Shown one piece after another: positions 14,311 to 28,406 of a stretch of 64,000 bases of DNA. A program made the position numbers and the translations under genes. The DNA lies in the NCBI GenBank assembly GCA_000004695.1, contig CM000150.2, forward strand, positions 1,568,001-1,632,000. Reading direction: 5' to 3'. The notes beneath the pieces were generated by a model. That model was not told the origin of the DNA, searched no databases, and saw nothing but the letters and a program-made list of their open reading frames with translations. Every line of letters begins with the position of its first letter. Positions within the stretch are counted from its first letter, which is position 1. The DNA comes from Dictyostelium discoideum (taxonomy: Eukaryota).

Positions 14311-15171
14311 TTAATCATCAAATTCTCTCTTTTTTTTATTTATTGGTAATCTTGGAGGATAAGGTATTGGTTTTGAAAAAGCATTTGGTAATGGTAATGG
14401 TAATTCTTTAAAATAAGGATGATCTAAAGCTTCAGATGCAGTTATTCTTTTTGAGGGATCATATAGGATCATTTTTGAGAGTAAATCATAGGCTTGACTA
14501 TTTTCATCGATACCAACACATTTTGCTAATGAATTTGGAAAAGCTTCCATACTTGATAACCTTTTCCATTCTGGTAAATGTTTAATATCTGGCCACATAT
14601 CTAAAGTTGGTTTACCTAATACTCTAATTATCTTTTCAACTTGATCATCTTGAAATAGTGATGGAATCTTTGGATCTTTCTCTTTGCCAGGGAATAAAGG
14701 TTTGGTTGTAATTAGTTCAGCGAAAATACAACCAATCGCCCAAATATCCACAGCCCTCGTATAATGCTTTGAGCCTAGTAATAGTTCGGGCGACCTATAC
14801 CAAATGGTCACAACTACACCATTCTCGTTCAATGGTTTCAATGGTGATTGAAATATTCTTGCAAGCCCAAAATCACCAATTTTCACAGTACCACATTCTT
14901 TTCCTTCTCCCATCACTAAAATATTCGATGGCTTTAAATCCCTATGTATTACCCAATTACTATGTAGATAATGTATACCATTCAATACTTGCCATATTAA
15001 TGATTTAATTGTTGCGTCTGAAAAATGACTTCCATTCTCTCTATGATACTTTATAATTCCAAATAAATCAAATTCTGCATAATCAAATATTAAATATAAT
15101 AACTTATCTTTTGGATTTAAACAAACATCTAATAATTTAACTATATTTTCATTTGATAATTCTTTTAATAA
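14311..15171 (-). CDS. cdk8: cyclin-dependent kinase 8 (Mediator kinase) exon 2, through the stop
   Basis: Near-identity to human CDK8 over the catalytic core ([10 protein letters not shown]..., [75 protein letters not shown]). Acceptor AAAAG at 15173-15172. Confidence 0.9.
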   Translation of the reverse strand, partial: LLKELSNENIVKLLDVCLNPKDKLLYLIFDYAEFDLFGIIKYHRENGSHFSDATIKSLIWQVLNGIHYLHSNWVIHRDLKPSNILVMGEGKECGTVKIGDFGLARIFQSPLKPLNENGVVVTIWYRSPELLLGSKHYTRAVDIWAIGCIFAELITTKPLFPGKEKDPKIPSLFQDDQVEKIIRVLGKPTLDMWPDIKHLPEWKRLSSMEAFPNSLAKCVGIDENSQAYDLLSKMILYDPSKRITASEALDHPYFKELPLPLPNAFSKPIPYPPRLPINKKKREFDD

Positions 15172-15248
15172 CTTTTATAATAATTAGTTAGTATGTAATA
15201 GTTTATTATATATTTATTATTTATTATTTATTATTTATATATACTTAC

Positions 15249-15530
15249 ACCAATTTCTCTATATGCAGTTAAAGATAAACCTTCACCTTCTTTTGTACTT
15301 CTAAATTTTTTAACGGCCACTTTATTGTTTGGCCTTTTTTTATCATCTGCTTTATAAACCATACCGTATGTACCTGAACCAATTTCATAACTAAATGTAT
15401 ATTTCTCTTGAACGTCTAATCTATATGTTGATGTTAAAACTATTGGTGAAAATGTTGATGACCCACCACCACCACCACCACCGCCACTACCACCACCATT
15501 TTGATTACTACTTTGATTATGTGTGTTCAT
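15249..15530 (-). CDS. cdk8: cdk8 exon 1 (ATG at 15530; Gly-rich N-terminus; ATP-binding loop GSGTYGMVYKA and AVKK)
   Basis: Donor GTAAGT at 15248-15243 directly after ...AYREIG, which joins to LLKELSN as in human REIALLRELKH. Confidence 0.85.
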
Positions 15531-16254
15531 TTTTATTTATATTTATATTTATATTTATATTTATATTTTAATTTGTATGTTTATGAGAGAGCGTGTGTGT
15601 GTATGTATGTATATATATATATTTTAAATTTAATACTTGTTTAAATTTTAACTACACAAATAATTTTTTTTCAAATTATAATCTTTAATTTTTTTTTTTT
15701 TATTTTATTAATTTTTTTTTATTCTTGATAAAATTTAATTTCTTTTTTTATTTTTATTTTTTTTTATTAATTAAAAATATATTTTTTTTTTTTTTCATTT
15801 TTTTTTTTTTCATTTTTTTTTTTTTTTTTTTCATTTTTTTTTTTTCATTTTTTTTTTTTTTTTTTATTTATTTATACAATCATTTCCATAACAATACAAC
15901 AACGGCTTTAAAGCTGTATTAAAATGCTTTTTTTCTTTTAAAAATAATTGTTATTTAAAAAAATAGTGTTTTTAATAATAAAAAAAAAAAAAAAAAACCA
16001 TATATATATTTATAAATAGTTCAATTTTTAATAAAAGAGACTTTTTTTTTTTTCTTTTTTTTTAAAAATTTTGTTGAAATTTAAAAATAAAAAAAAAAAA
16101 AAAAAAAAAAAAAATTTAAAAAAACATTTGTTAAATTTAATAACACACACCCCACTCTCAAAACATTCACATAAATAAATACTATATATAAAAAAAAAAA
16201 AAAAAAAAAAAAAGTTAAAAAATAGATAGAATTAATAATAAGCATAAACAAAGG

Positions 16255-18243
<1,989 letters not shown>

Positions 18244-18254
18244 ATTTATCATTT

Positions 18255-18290
<36 letters not shown>

Positions 18291-18564
18291 CCAATTTATT
18301 TTTAATATAAAAAAAGAAAAGAAATAAAAATTGTTATTAAAAATAAAAATATTAATAAAAAGAAACAATATCTTATACAAAATTTTTTAAATTACAACTT
18401 TTTCCACTTTTTTTTTTCATTATTTTTTTTATTTTTTTCACTTTTTTTCTATTTTTGTCACTTTTTTTTTCTACTCACTTTTTTTTTTTCTTTTTTTCTT
18501 TTTTTCTTTTTTTTTATATTTTTTTCACTTTTTTTTTTTTTTCTTTTCACTTTTTTTTATTAAA

Positions 18565-18946
18565 ATGTCAATACTAGAATCAATACCAAAATTAAATATT
18601 TATTTACAAAGATTAATATTAACACAATGTTGGAATCATAAATTTATAGAAATTGAAAGAAATAATAATGGAAGATTGATTAGTTGGAAGATTGATTTGT
18701 GCTTTGTTTCAAAAAGTTGGTTCAATTTTATCCAAAGTGTACTTTATGATTCATATATTATAATAAAACCGTTTGAAATGATTTTAAACTTTAAATCCAA
18801 ATTTTCAATATTTCAAACTCCACCTTCGAAATTAGAAATTTCTTCAAATTCATATATTCAATTATTATCACATTTAACAAATGAAGAGTTAAGATATAAT
18901 TTCTTTTCAAATTTAAAAATTTTAATTTTTTCATATAATAGTGGTA
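18565..18946 (+). CDS. hypothetical protein, probable exon 1
   Basis: ORF from ATG 18565. Candidate phase-1 donors GTAGTA at 18944 or GTAGGT at 18947. Joins in frame to the exon starting at 19055. Confidence 0.3.
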
Positions 18947-19054
18947 GTAGGTTATTAATTTATTTATTATTATTATTTATTATTTATTATTAATTATTTT
19001 ATTTACTAATCCTTTTTTATTTATTTCTAATTAAAAAAAAAAAAAAAAATAAAG

Positions 19055-19695
19055 ATGATTTAAACTTGGATTCATTTAAATATTTATTTTTTAATAGTAA
19101 ACAATTTAAATCAATTAAAATCAATTTCCTTTTATTTAATGAAGTTAATGTAAGTAGAAAAACAAAAACAGGTATATTGGAGGGTTTATATAAATCATTA
19201 ATTGATTTAAATGATGGTGATGGTAATTGTTTAATTGAAAATTTGGAACTAAATTCATTTTGTTATGAAAATGAATTTAAGAATTATTTTGAAAATTTAT
19301 TAAAAATTATTGGATCAAATTTAAAGAGATTAGTAATAAACAATTGCCCAACAAAAGAAATGATTGAAACTATTGTTAATGAATGTAATCAATATAAATT
19401 GGAAGAGTTAATAATACCATCGATGTTTGAATCATTGGATGATACTGTTGGTACAATAGAATTATTAAAACAAAGTGTACTTTCCAAATCTTTAAAATCT
19501 TTCTCAACTTCAATGCTTTCACAAGAAGAACTTCATCCATACGATTTCGATCATCAAGTTTATCAATTATTTAAAGAATTTTTAATTTCGATGTCTGGAA
19601 ATTTAAAACGTTTATCAATTGCATTATTAAATGGACTTGATAAAAAAGGTGGTGATGGTGGTAGATTTAAAGTTAATAATAATACTAGTAATAAC

Positions 19696-19774
<79 letters not shown>

Positions 19775-20451
19775 GTGGTAGTGGTGGTGATAGTACTAAA
19801 TTATTTGAATTAATAAAATATATTTTACTTGATAGTTCAATAGAATCAATAGAAGGTGATTTTATTTTTTCAAATTATTTTTTACCTTTAAAAGAGATAA
19901 CAATAAAAAAGGATTTAAAAATTTTAGGTGTCAATAGTAATGATAATAATGAAGAATTGATTAATCAGATATCAACATCAGAATTTAATAAAAATGAACC
20001 AGTTAAAATTTATATTGGATTTCCATCAATCTCAACATTGTTTTTACAATTTTTAAAATGTGAATCAATTTTAATCGATATTTTTCAACATAACAATTTA
20101 AATATTAATCAATTAATTGACTCAATTAAAAGGAATTGTTATTTTAAATTTGTAGAGATTAATTTCGCTGTATTTTCAAATTTAAAGAATCCAATATCAC
20201 CATTACTTTTAAATCAGTCCATTGAAATCTTAGATTCAAAGAGTAATAATATCAATCATTTAATATTATCATTACATTCAGTTAAAGATGTTCAATCAAT
20301 TTTAAAGAAATTTAATGATTTAAAATTACAAAATATTAATTCCATTTTAATGTGGTGTGAATCAACATTTATTAAATATGAAAATAAGAAATCTATTAAT
20401 AGAGATTTAAAATTTTATTTTGAAAATAAATTTAAATTAATAAATAATTAA
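19055..20451 (+). CDS. hypothetical protein, probable exon 2 (Leu/Ile/Asn-rich, poly-N insert)
   Basis: Acceptor ATAAAG at 19053-19054. Open frame upstream of the listed TTG start to the acceptor. No recognisable domain. Confidence 0.4.
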
Positions 20452-20544
20452 GTCCTTTTTATTTTATTTTTTCTTTTAAAATAAACCACAATTTAAAAAT
20501 TTCTAAATCTTATTTCATTTCATTTTATTTTATTTTATTTTATT

Positions 20545-20709
20545 TTATTTTCTAAAGAAATACCATAATAAAAATACAATTATTAAAACTATAACCATAC
20601 CACTATATACAATAACTTTATCTTGATGTTGTCTTCTTTTAATCCTTTGAATGACTGAACGAGATAAACCCAATGTATTTGCAATATCATATATTTTTTT
20701 ATTTACACC
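20545..20709 (-). CDS. Golgi SNAP receptor complex member 1 (GS28/GOS28-type Qb-SNARE) exon 3: SNARE motif end plus C-terminal TM anchor
   Basis: VIQRIKRRQHQDKVIVYSGMVIVLIIVFLL ~ human GS28 LIQRINLRKRRDSLILGGVIGICTILLLL. Acceptor TATAG at 20711-20710. Stop at 20547-20545. Confidence 0.75.
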   Translation of the reverse strand, partial: GVNKKIYDIANTLGLSRSVIQRIKRRQHQDKVIVYSGMVIVLIIVFLLWYFFRK

Positions 20710-20821
20710 CTATAAATTATAATATAAAAATTAAAAAATGGTTATTATTATTATTATTATTATTACTATTAATTTCCAAAATAATTGATTTTTTTAAAAA
20801 AAATATAATAATAATAATTAC

Positions 20822-21083
20822 TTTTAATTTTGAATTTTGACCAACTAAATTATAAATTATGCTATTACCCATTTCTGTGAGTGAATCTAAAGTTGAATTA
20901 CCATCATTTAAATGTTTATTCTCTTTCATTAAATTACCAATTGCTGAACTTTCACCAGCTTTTCTTCTACCCATTAATTTATTTTTTTCTTCTTCTTCCA
21001 TTTGTTTCTTATATTTAGTTTGTAAAAACATATCTAATGATTTTCTTAATGATTTACTTTCTTCAACTAATTGTTTTACTTTT
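20822..21083 (-). CDS. GS28/GOSR1 exon 2
   Basis: EEEKNKLMGRRK ~ human ERENLMGSVRK. Acceptor TTTTAG at 21085-21084. Donor GTAATT at 20821-20816. Confidence 0.7.
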
Positions 21084-21187
21084 CTAAAATTTTTTAATTT
21101 TTTTATTATTATTAATAATCTTTATTTTTTATTTTTTTTTTTTTTATAATTATTATTAGTAGAAAAATAATAATAATAATTATTTAC

Positions 21188-21537
21188 ATTCTCCATATTT
21201 CTCTTTTTGCAATTGGTTCGTTTGAAACCATACCATCAATTTGGTCTGATAATCTAGAAAGTTGGTTTATATTTGTTGATAGTTTGCTTTGAATGATAAC
21301 TGAAGTATCAGTTCCAGTTTCAAGTGTTTCTAAATCATTTCTAATTGAAAATAATAATTTATTGGCTTGTTTGTATAAATCGTCTAATCCACTACCACTG
21401 CTACTACCACTTCCATTATCACGATTCGAAGTATCACGATGTTGAAGATTACTTATTGAACTTATATTATTACTACTGCTGCTGCTGTTTGTTGAATATC
21501 CATATCCATATCCATTTCCACTATCGTTACTGTACAT
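21188..21537 (-). CDS. GS28/GOSR1 exon 1 (ATG 21537)
   Basis: LDDLYKQANKLLFSIRNDLE resembles the GS28 N-terminal WEDLRKQARQLENELD. Donor GTAAAT at 21187-21182. Confidence 0.7.
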
Positions 21538-22744
21538 TTTTATTTTATTTTTTTTAATTTAGACCCCATGCAAAAATGAAATTCTAATTAATTTTTTTTT
21601 TTTTTAAAAAAAAAAAAATAAAAATTAAAAAAAAAAAAAAAAAAAATAAATAAAAAAAAAAAAAAATAAATAAAAAAAAAAATAAAAAAAAAAAATAAAT
21701 AAAAAAAAAAAAAAATAAAAACAGAAATTATTATTTACATGTTATTTTTTATTAAACCCTCTTTTAATTTTGAAAAAATAATAAAAAAAATTTTTATTTA
21801 AAAAAAAAAAAAAAAAAATTTAGGATTTTAAAATTAATTTTGTTTAAATAAAGAAAATATCAAGTTATAATAATAAAAAAAAAATACTTTAAAATAATTA
21901 ATAAAACTATTTATAATATTAAAGAATTTTGAATTTTTTTTAGATTTTAAATAATTACTTGTGAGATCTAAATCTAGATCTTAAGTAATAATAGAAGTTA
22001 GTATTGTATATAATTTTTTAAATTGATACTTAAAACTAATAGTTAATTTTATTATATAATTTATGGGAACCTTAAATTTTAATTTTGTATTAATTTGATT
22101 CTTCGAAATTATCTTTAAATTATGAAAACCAATTTTGGAGAATTAATTAATTTTTAAAAATGTCGTGTGATATTTGTAGGAAAATTAAAATTTTTTGTTA
22201 ACCAATATTGAATCGATTAACCTTTATCTATAATTATCAAAATTAAGATTAAAAATGAGTTTGGTATTGGTCCTAAATTTTTTATTTTTTATTTAATTTT
22301 AATTTTTTTTTAAAAAATCATTTCCATTTCTTTTTTAAAAATTGTTTATAGATTTAAAAGCTTGAAGTCAACTTAGGTATTATTTTTTATAAACTGGTTA
22401 ACGTGATTTAATTTTTCTATAATTAATAATAAAAAATAAGATTCTAAACAAAAACATAAAATCTTCTTTTAATTAAAAAAACAAAAAAATTAAAAAAAGA
22501 AAAAAAATTTCCTTTTTTGGGTATTTTTTTTTTAAAATAGTAATTTTTTTATTTTTTTTATTTAAATTCCATTTTTTTTTTATTTTTCATTTTTGGTTTT
22601 GTTTTTTTTTTTTTTTTTTAATATAAAAACAAGACAAAACAAAACAAAAAAATAAATAAAAAAAATCAAATAATTAAAAAAAATCAAATTAAATCAAATA
22701 AAATCAAATTAAATCAAATAAAATCAAACAAAATAAAATAAAAA

Positions 22745-23284
22745 ATGTTAATTAATAAAGATAAATTCAACGAAGAATATTGGATTAAAAAATTAGATTT
22801 AGAACCTCATGTTGAAGGAGGAAGATTTAAAGAAGTATTGAGAAGTGTTGAAATTGATAATCAAGGTATGGAAATATGTAATTTTACATCAATTTATTAT
22901 TTATTAAATGGAGAGTCAAAATCACATTTCCACAGACTCGCAAATTCAGATGAAGTTTGGTATTATCATTTTGGTGGAACATTAACAATACATTGTATTT
23001 ACCCAAATGGAACTTATGAAAAGGTACTACTAGGTCCGAATGAAGGTGAGATTTTACAATTCAATGTTACCAAAAATACAATCTTTAGTGCATCATATGA
23101 TAATGAAAATAATAATCAATCATCAAATTATAATTATTGTTTAGTTGGTTGTATGGTTTGTCCAGGTTTTCAATATAGTAATTTTGAATTTTTAAAAAAA
23201 TCAGATCTATTAAATTTATACCCACAACATTCAAAATTAATTAAAACATTCGCATTTGATACTTTACCAGAAATGCCAATGTAG
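22745..23284 (+). CDS. DUF985 / cupin_5 family protein
   Basis: LEPHVEGGRFKEVLRS near the N-terminus is the signature of the DUF985 cupin family. Single exon. Confidence 0.7.
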   Translation: MLINKDKFNEEYWIKKLDLEPHVEGGRFKEVLRSVEIDNQGMEICNFTSIYYLLNGESKSHFHRLANSDEVWYYHFGGTLTIHCIYPNGTYEKVLLGPNEGEILQFNVTKNTIFSASYDNENNNQSSNYNYCLVGCMVCPGFQYSNFEFLKKSDLLNLYPQHSKLIKTFAFDTLPEMPM

Positions 23285-23384
23285 GGGTGGGGAAGAGGGA
23301 TAGGGAGAGGGGGATCAATGTAATTAATAAATATGTATCTTTTTTTATTACACATTAATTATTTATTTATTTATTTATTTATTA

Positions 23385-25040
23385 TTAATAACCAATTGAA
23401 AAACCTGAAATTATATGAGCTTGTTTTAAACCACCAGTTGAAGCAGTCATACCAATGAAACAAGATTTATTTTCATGTAAATTTAATAATTTTTGGATAT
23501 TTGCTTTTATTTTATATAAAACTTGATATTTATCTAACCAAACATCAATTGTACTATCACCATCATCACCATTTGAAGTTGAATATTTAATAAAACATTC
23601 ATGTTCAATACCATCATTCATTGGTTTATTATTTTTTGGATTACCATAACCTAAAGAGAATCTATGATGAGAAGAATTTGGTTCTAATGATCTAGTATGA
23701 ATTGAAATATGATTACCATCTGGGTCTTTACAATGATCTTTTGTTGGATAAGTATCAAATTCTATTGCAATTGAATTTCTAATACCTTGATAACCTAAAC
23801 CACAACCACCAATACCAAGTGAATTGATTGAATCATTTTGAATTACAAATGCCATACCATCAGCACCATTAGTTTTAATTAAAAATTTAAATTTACAAAT
23901 GAAACCACCATTTGAAATGATATCAATTCTTTCCTTTATCCAAAATCCACCAACTCTATCATTTTCATCAGGTGTTAAACAAATACCATTCTTTGTAATA
24001 TCACAATTACCAACCAATTTCAATGATTCTCTTGCTTTTGAAATTGAATCTAAAGAATAAATTGGTTTTAAAATTATTGGTATTTCACTTTGTTGTTGTT
24101 GTTGTTGTTGCTGTTGTTGATTATTATTACCAGATTCACCTCTATTATTTCTCCATTCTGATGAACCAGAAATTCTACCAGTTAAATCACTACTATAAGT
24201 TCTTTGATGATAGGATTGTTTTTCATTATCTTCTAAGAATTCTCTATTTAAAATTGAACGTAATTCATCAAATGGTAATGTTGAACGAATTTGATGATTT
24301 AAATGATTTAAATAATTGGTTAGATCAGATTCACTAATTAAATATCGATTGAGATGAGGTAACTTTATTGAGTATCTAGAGGTGACATCGTAGATACCAT
24401 TGAATTCGAATGCAAATACGTAGGACAATTGTTTACCCCAACCACCTTCATAAGTTAGTGGACTGTCATAGGTTGCTTCACAACTATCGACATGTATCCA
24501 TCGACCATCAATGTAAACTTCATTCCAAACATGGTCGGTGAAATCCAAGATGTATCTAGTTGTAAAACCCAATGCAATAGAAAACAGAGTGAATGCATTC
24601 GCCCATTCACCACATCTTCCACATTTAGTTGATAGTAGTTTCTCGACAGAGTTGTATCTTGGGAATCTTGTTACGTGATTACTTGCACATCGGTATACCT
24701 CAACTATTGATACTTGATGTGACTGTTCTTCAAATGTTGGTCTATCACTACCAACTGAACTAGTCGATGGTGTACCACATTTAATATCTGAACATTCAGG
24801 TGAATTTGTCCATGTGAAATATTCATTCTTAAACCAATCCAATAACATTAACATCTTTCTCTTTAAATCTTTCTCTTTCTTTATCTCCAACGGTACTTGA
24901 TCTAATGCCATCTGTTGTAATCTATCAGAGTTATAGCTAATCATATTTCTATACATTCCTTCAATTTTATTCTTTAATCCATTTTCAATTTTAATTGGTA
25001 ATTTAAATGATTTTAAATTTGATAATAAAATTTTTTGATT
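23385..25040 (-). CDS. peptide:N-glycanase (PNGase) exon 2: Zn-binding Cys cluster, transglutaminase-like core and C-terminal legume (L-type) lectin-like domain
   Basis: PNGase core CGRCGEWANAFTLFSIALGFTTRYILDFTDHVWNEVYIDGRWIHVDSCE. C-terminal ADGMAFVIQN, AIEFDTY, DPDGNHISIH, VWLDKYQVLYK and FIGMTASTGG..QAHIISGF match the legume-lectin fold signature. Confidence 0.85.
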   Translation of the reverse strand, partial: NQKILLSNLKSFKLPIKIENGLKNKIEGMYRNMISYNSDRLQQMALDQVPLEIKKEKDLKRKMLMLLDWFKNEYFTWTNSPECSDIKCGTPSTSSVGSDRPTFEEQSHQVSIVEVYRCASNHVTRFPRYNSVEKLLSTKCGRCGEWANAFTLFSIALGFTTRYILDFTDHVWNEVYIDGRWIHVDSCEATYDSPLTYEGGWGKQLSYVFAFEFNGIYDVTSRYSIKLPHLNRYLISESDLTNYLNHLNHQIRSTLPFDELRSILNREFLEDNEKQSYHQRTYSSDLTGRISGSSEWRNNRGESGNNNQQQQQQQQQQSEIPIILKPIYSLDSISKARESLKLVGNCDITKNGICLTPDENDRVGGFWIKERIDIISNGGFICKFKFLIKTNGADGMAFVIQNDSINSLGIGGCGLGYQGIRNSIAIEFDTYPTKDHCKDPDGNHISIHTRSLEPNSSHHRFSLGYGNPKNNKPMNDGIEHECFIKYSTSNGDDGDSTIDVWLDKYQVLYKIKANIQKLLNLHENKSCFIGMTASTGGLKQAHIISGFSIGY

Positions 25041-25141
25041 CTAAATTTTTTTTTTTTTTTTTTTTTTTTATATTATTAGAGAAATTTGATATATTATACA
25101 ATAATATATAAAGTTTTATTATTATTTTTATTTTTATTTAC

Positions 25142-25342
25142 ATTTAAAACAATAATTTTTTCAGTTGGCGAAGGATCTCTTAATTTTGAATTTGATAAAT
25201 AATAAAATCTTTGAAATGTTGGATCAACATCTGTAACTGAAAAAACTAATATTTGAAAATCTTCATATGTGCATTCATTTTCAACTTCTACTAAATATTC
25301 TTTATCATTATATATTAAATTTATAGTTTTAGATTGATTCAT
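25142..25342 (-). CDS. PNGase exon 1 (ATG 25342): small beta-grasp / ubiquitin-like-looking N-terminal module
   Basis: Donor GTAAAT at 25141-25136 after ...IIVLN. Acceptor ATTTAG at 25042-25041. Frame runs open into exon 2 (NQKILLSNLKSFKLPIKIENGLKNKIEGMYRNM...). Confidence 0.6.
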
Positions 25343-25659
25343 TCTTGAAAAAAAAAAAAAAATTAAATATATTAAAATTTTTTTTTTTTAATATAACACT
25401 ATAAAAACTCAAAAAAAAAAAAATTAAAAAAAAAAAAAAAAAAATTAAATTAAATTGAATTAAATTAATTTTATCTGGACTTATTATTTAGGTATGATTA
25501 TCTCATATTCAAATAAAAATAAAAATAAAAATAAAAATAAAAATCATATTTGGTAAAGATAGATTATTTATTGACACAAAATAATGTAATATCACACAGT
25601 CAGTAGGTAGGGGTGTGGGGAATATTCAATTATAATAATAATAATAATAATATAATGTT

Positions 25660-25919
25660 TTAATTACAACCACATGAACCAGAATAATAACCATAGCTAT
25701 AACTATAACTGTAAGTTGATCCTGATGCAGTTGTATATGAACCTGCATTAGAATCAATGTTAGTATAATCAGAAGGTAATCTTTTTCTACCATTACCACC
25801 ATTACTACCACATGAACCACATGCAATTGAATTAGAACCCATTGATAAACTTGATCCACCACCATTTGCAACACTTGATTTGCTTGATTTCATTGGGTTT
25901 GAAATTGAAATTAATGATG
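25660..25919 (-). CDS. hssA/B-like (hssA/2C/7E family) small Gly/Ser/Tyr/Cys-rich protein, copy A exon 2
   Basis: [27 protein letters not shown]...SCGCN. Acceptor TTTTTAG at 25921-25920. Confidence 0.7.
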
Positions 25920-26006
25920 CTAAAAACAATTTATAATAATTGTTAAAATTAGTTTTTTTTTTTTTTTTTTTTTTTTTTTATTTTAAATATGTATTTTAAA
26001 ATTTAC

Positions 26007-26019
26007 ATAAAATGCTCAT
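26007..26019 (-). CDS. hssA/B-like copy A exon 1 (13-nt micro-exon ATGAGCATTTTAT = MSIL+1)
   Basis: Donor GTAAAT at 26006-26001. Joins exon 2 in phase 1. Confidence 0.6.
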
Positions 26020-26681
26020 TTTTGGAAATTTAATTGATTGTTTTTAAAATTTGATTTAGAATATAGGATATAATTTTATTTTATTTTTTTTATTTTATAG
26101 TTTTATTTTTTTTTTTAATTTTTTACATTTTTTTTTTTTTTTTTTTTTTTTTTTTGATTTTATTTAAAATAATTTTATTTTTATTATTTATCTGTACATA
26201 TCAAACAACAATAAAAATTGCATATCTATAACCAAAAATATCATATGATTTTTTAAAAATTATTTAAAAAATATTTAAAAAAACAGATTGTTCAAATTAA
26301 TTTTTTAATAAAAAAAATATATTTATAAATGTGGTTATTCAATCCCTATAATATTATTCAGATTTTTCTAAATTTAGGAAGTTAAAATAAATTTGTAAAC
26401 TAAGTTTTTCAATTTTCCATACAAATAATAATAATTTTATTTAAAATTTTCTTAAAAATAAAAAAAAAACTAATTTTATATATGTATCATTTTTTTTTTT
26501 TTTTTTTTTTATTTTTAAGAAAATTAATTTAGAAATTAATAAAAATAATAATAATAAAAATACATTTTAATTTCTATATTTTCACAATTTCTTTATCCCA
26601 ATTTAATAAAAATTGAAAAAAAAAAATTACAATGAGGTGTGAATAAAAATTAATTTATTTATCTTTGTATTTTTGTTTTTT

Positions 26682-26914
26682 TTAAAAATTATAACCACAT
26701 GAACTATATCCGTAACTATAACTATAACTATACCCATATCCAGTTGGTGAATATGCACGAGTATTTGATGATTTAGGTGAAGTATAAGAAATTGTTTTTA
26801 TATGACTACTTGCAATTGTAATACCTTCCATTGAAACTGCTGAATAATAATTATTATTTGATGATACAGTACTATTTTTTGATGGAGAAGAAATTGATAT
26901 TGAAATTAATGATG
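26682..26914 (-). CDS. hssA/B-like copy B exon 2 (divergent: lacks the CGSCGG and terminal CGC[NH] motifs, ends SCGYNF)
   Basis: Same position and frame logic as the other copies. Acceptor AATAG at 26916-26915. Confidence 0.45.
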
Positions 26915-26934
26915 CTATTAAATTTTATATAAAA

Positions 26935-26970
<36 letters not shown>

Positions 26971-27010
26971 GTATATCACAAAAAATTATAAAAATACTAA
27001 TTAATATTAC

Positions 27011-27023
27011 ATAATATACTCAT
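27011..27023 (-). CDS. hssA/B-like copy B exon 1 (ATGAGTATATTAT)
   Basis: Donor GTAATA at 27010-27005. Confidence 0.45.
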
Positions 27024-27072
27024 TTTGGTGTTATTTTTTTAATTTTAATTTTAATTTTTAAAATTTTTTTTT

Positions 27073-27106
<34 letters not shown>

Positions 27107-27347
27107 TGTATAAAAATAAAAAAAATAATTTTAAATTATAAATTTAAAATTTTTTTTTTTTATTTCAATCCTTATCTGGTTAAATAAAAAATTTTTACAA
27201 ATGATTGATTTATAATAATATTAAAAAAAAGATTTTTTTTTTTTTTTTTTTTTTTCTTTTTTTTTTTTTGGGTTATTTCAGATTAATTTTGAAAAGACAA
27301 TAACGTACATGTTTTAATTTTACAAAAAAGTTTATGAACTTTTTCAA

Positions 27348-27378
<31 letters not shown>

Positions 27379-27914
27379 ATGAATAGTAGAAAAAAAATAT
27401 TTAATTAATAGGAAATAGTCAGATTTTTTTTTTGTTTATTTACCATATAAAGAGTAATAACACTAGATTTTAAAATAATAAACTCTTTGTATAAACATAA
27501 AAAAATGAAATTGAATGAAAGGGAATTTCCACCTTGGTTAACACAAGATTTTTAAATAATTGAATTTTTTATTTTCAATTTGAAATTGAATAAATTTTAC
27601 CAATTGAAACCTTTCTATAAAATTTTAGTGTTATTATATTTTAGTTATCAAATAAAAAAAATTATAAAATAACCTTTAATTTTGATAATAAAAAAAAAAA
27701 TTAAAACAATTCTAAAATAATAATAATTATTATAGTAATTATTTTTTCATTTTTAAAATAAAATTTTTAAAAATGATAATAAATGATATAAAAAATAAGT
27801 AGACAAAATTTTAATTTTTAGGGGTAGGGGGGAATGATGAATAAATTTTATTTTATTTATTTTACAATATATTATTACAACAAATGTAATGTAATTGTTA
27901 TAGAAACAATTGTT

Positions 27915-28168
27915 TTAATTACAGCCACATGATGATGATGAAAAGGATGAACCGTAACTATATGTGTAACCATATTGATAAGTTGGTGAAGTGTAGGTGT
28001 AATAGGTTGTTTGAGAACCATCAGAATTATTAATTATACCAGATGATGAATTACCACCACCACATGAACCACATGCTACTGAATTGGCACCCATTGATAA
28101 TTTACTACCACCATTTGCAACATTTGAATTGCTTGATTTCATTGGGTTTGAAATTGATGTTAATGCAG
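27915..28168 (-). CDS. hssA/B-like copy C exon 2
   Basis: [21 protein letters not shown]...SCGCN. Acceptor AATTAG at 28170-28169. Confidence 0.7.
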
Positions 28169-28170
28169 CT

Positions 28171-28231
<61 letters not shown>

Positions 28232-28297
28232 TTTTAAAAATTTAAATATTAATTTATAAATGTTTTTTTATTAAATTTTAAAAAAATTATTTCTTAC

Positions 28298-28310
28298 ATA
28301 AGATACTCAT
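28298..28310 (-). CDS. hssA/B-like copy C exon 1 (ATGAGTATCTTAT)
   Basis: Donor GTAAGA at 28297-28292. Confidence 0.6.
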
Positions 28311-28374
28311 TTTTAGTTTTTGTTTTAAATAATATTTTGATTTAATGGCTTTATGGTTTTTTTTTTTTCTTTTA

Positions 28375-28406
<32 letters not shown>

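Noticed and set aside
14769-15008. Plus-strand 79-aa ORF
   Set aside because: Antisense to cdk8 exon 2.
18565-20451. Treating 18565-18993 and 19066-20451 as two separate genes
   Set aside because: Not fully rejected. The downstream frame is open back to an AG at 19053-19054, and a phase-compatible donor exists at about 18944-18947. A single two-exon gene is more parsimonious, so they are listed as linked with low confidence.
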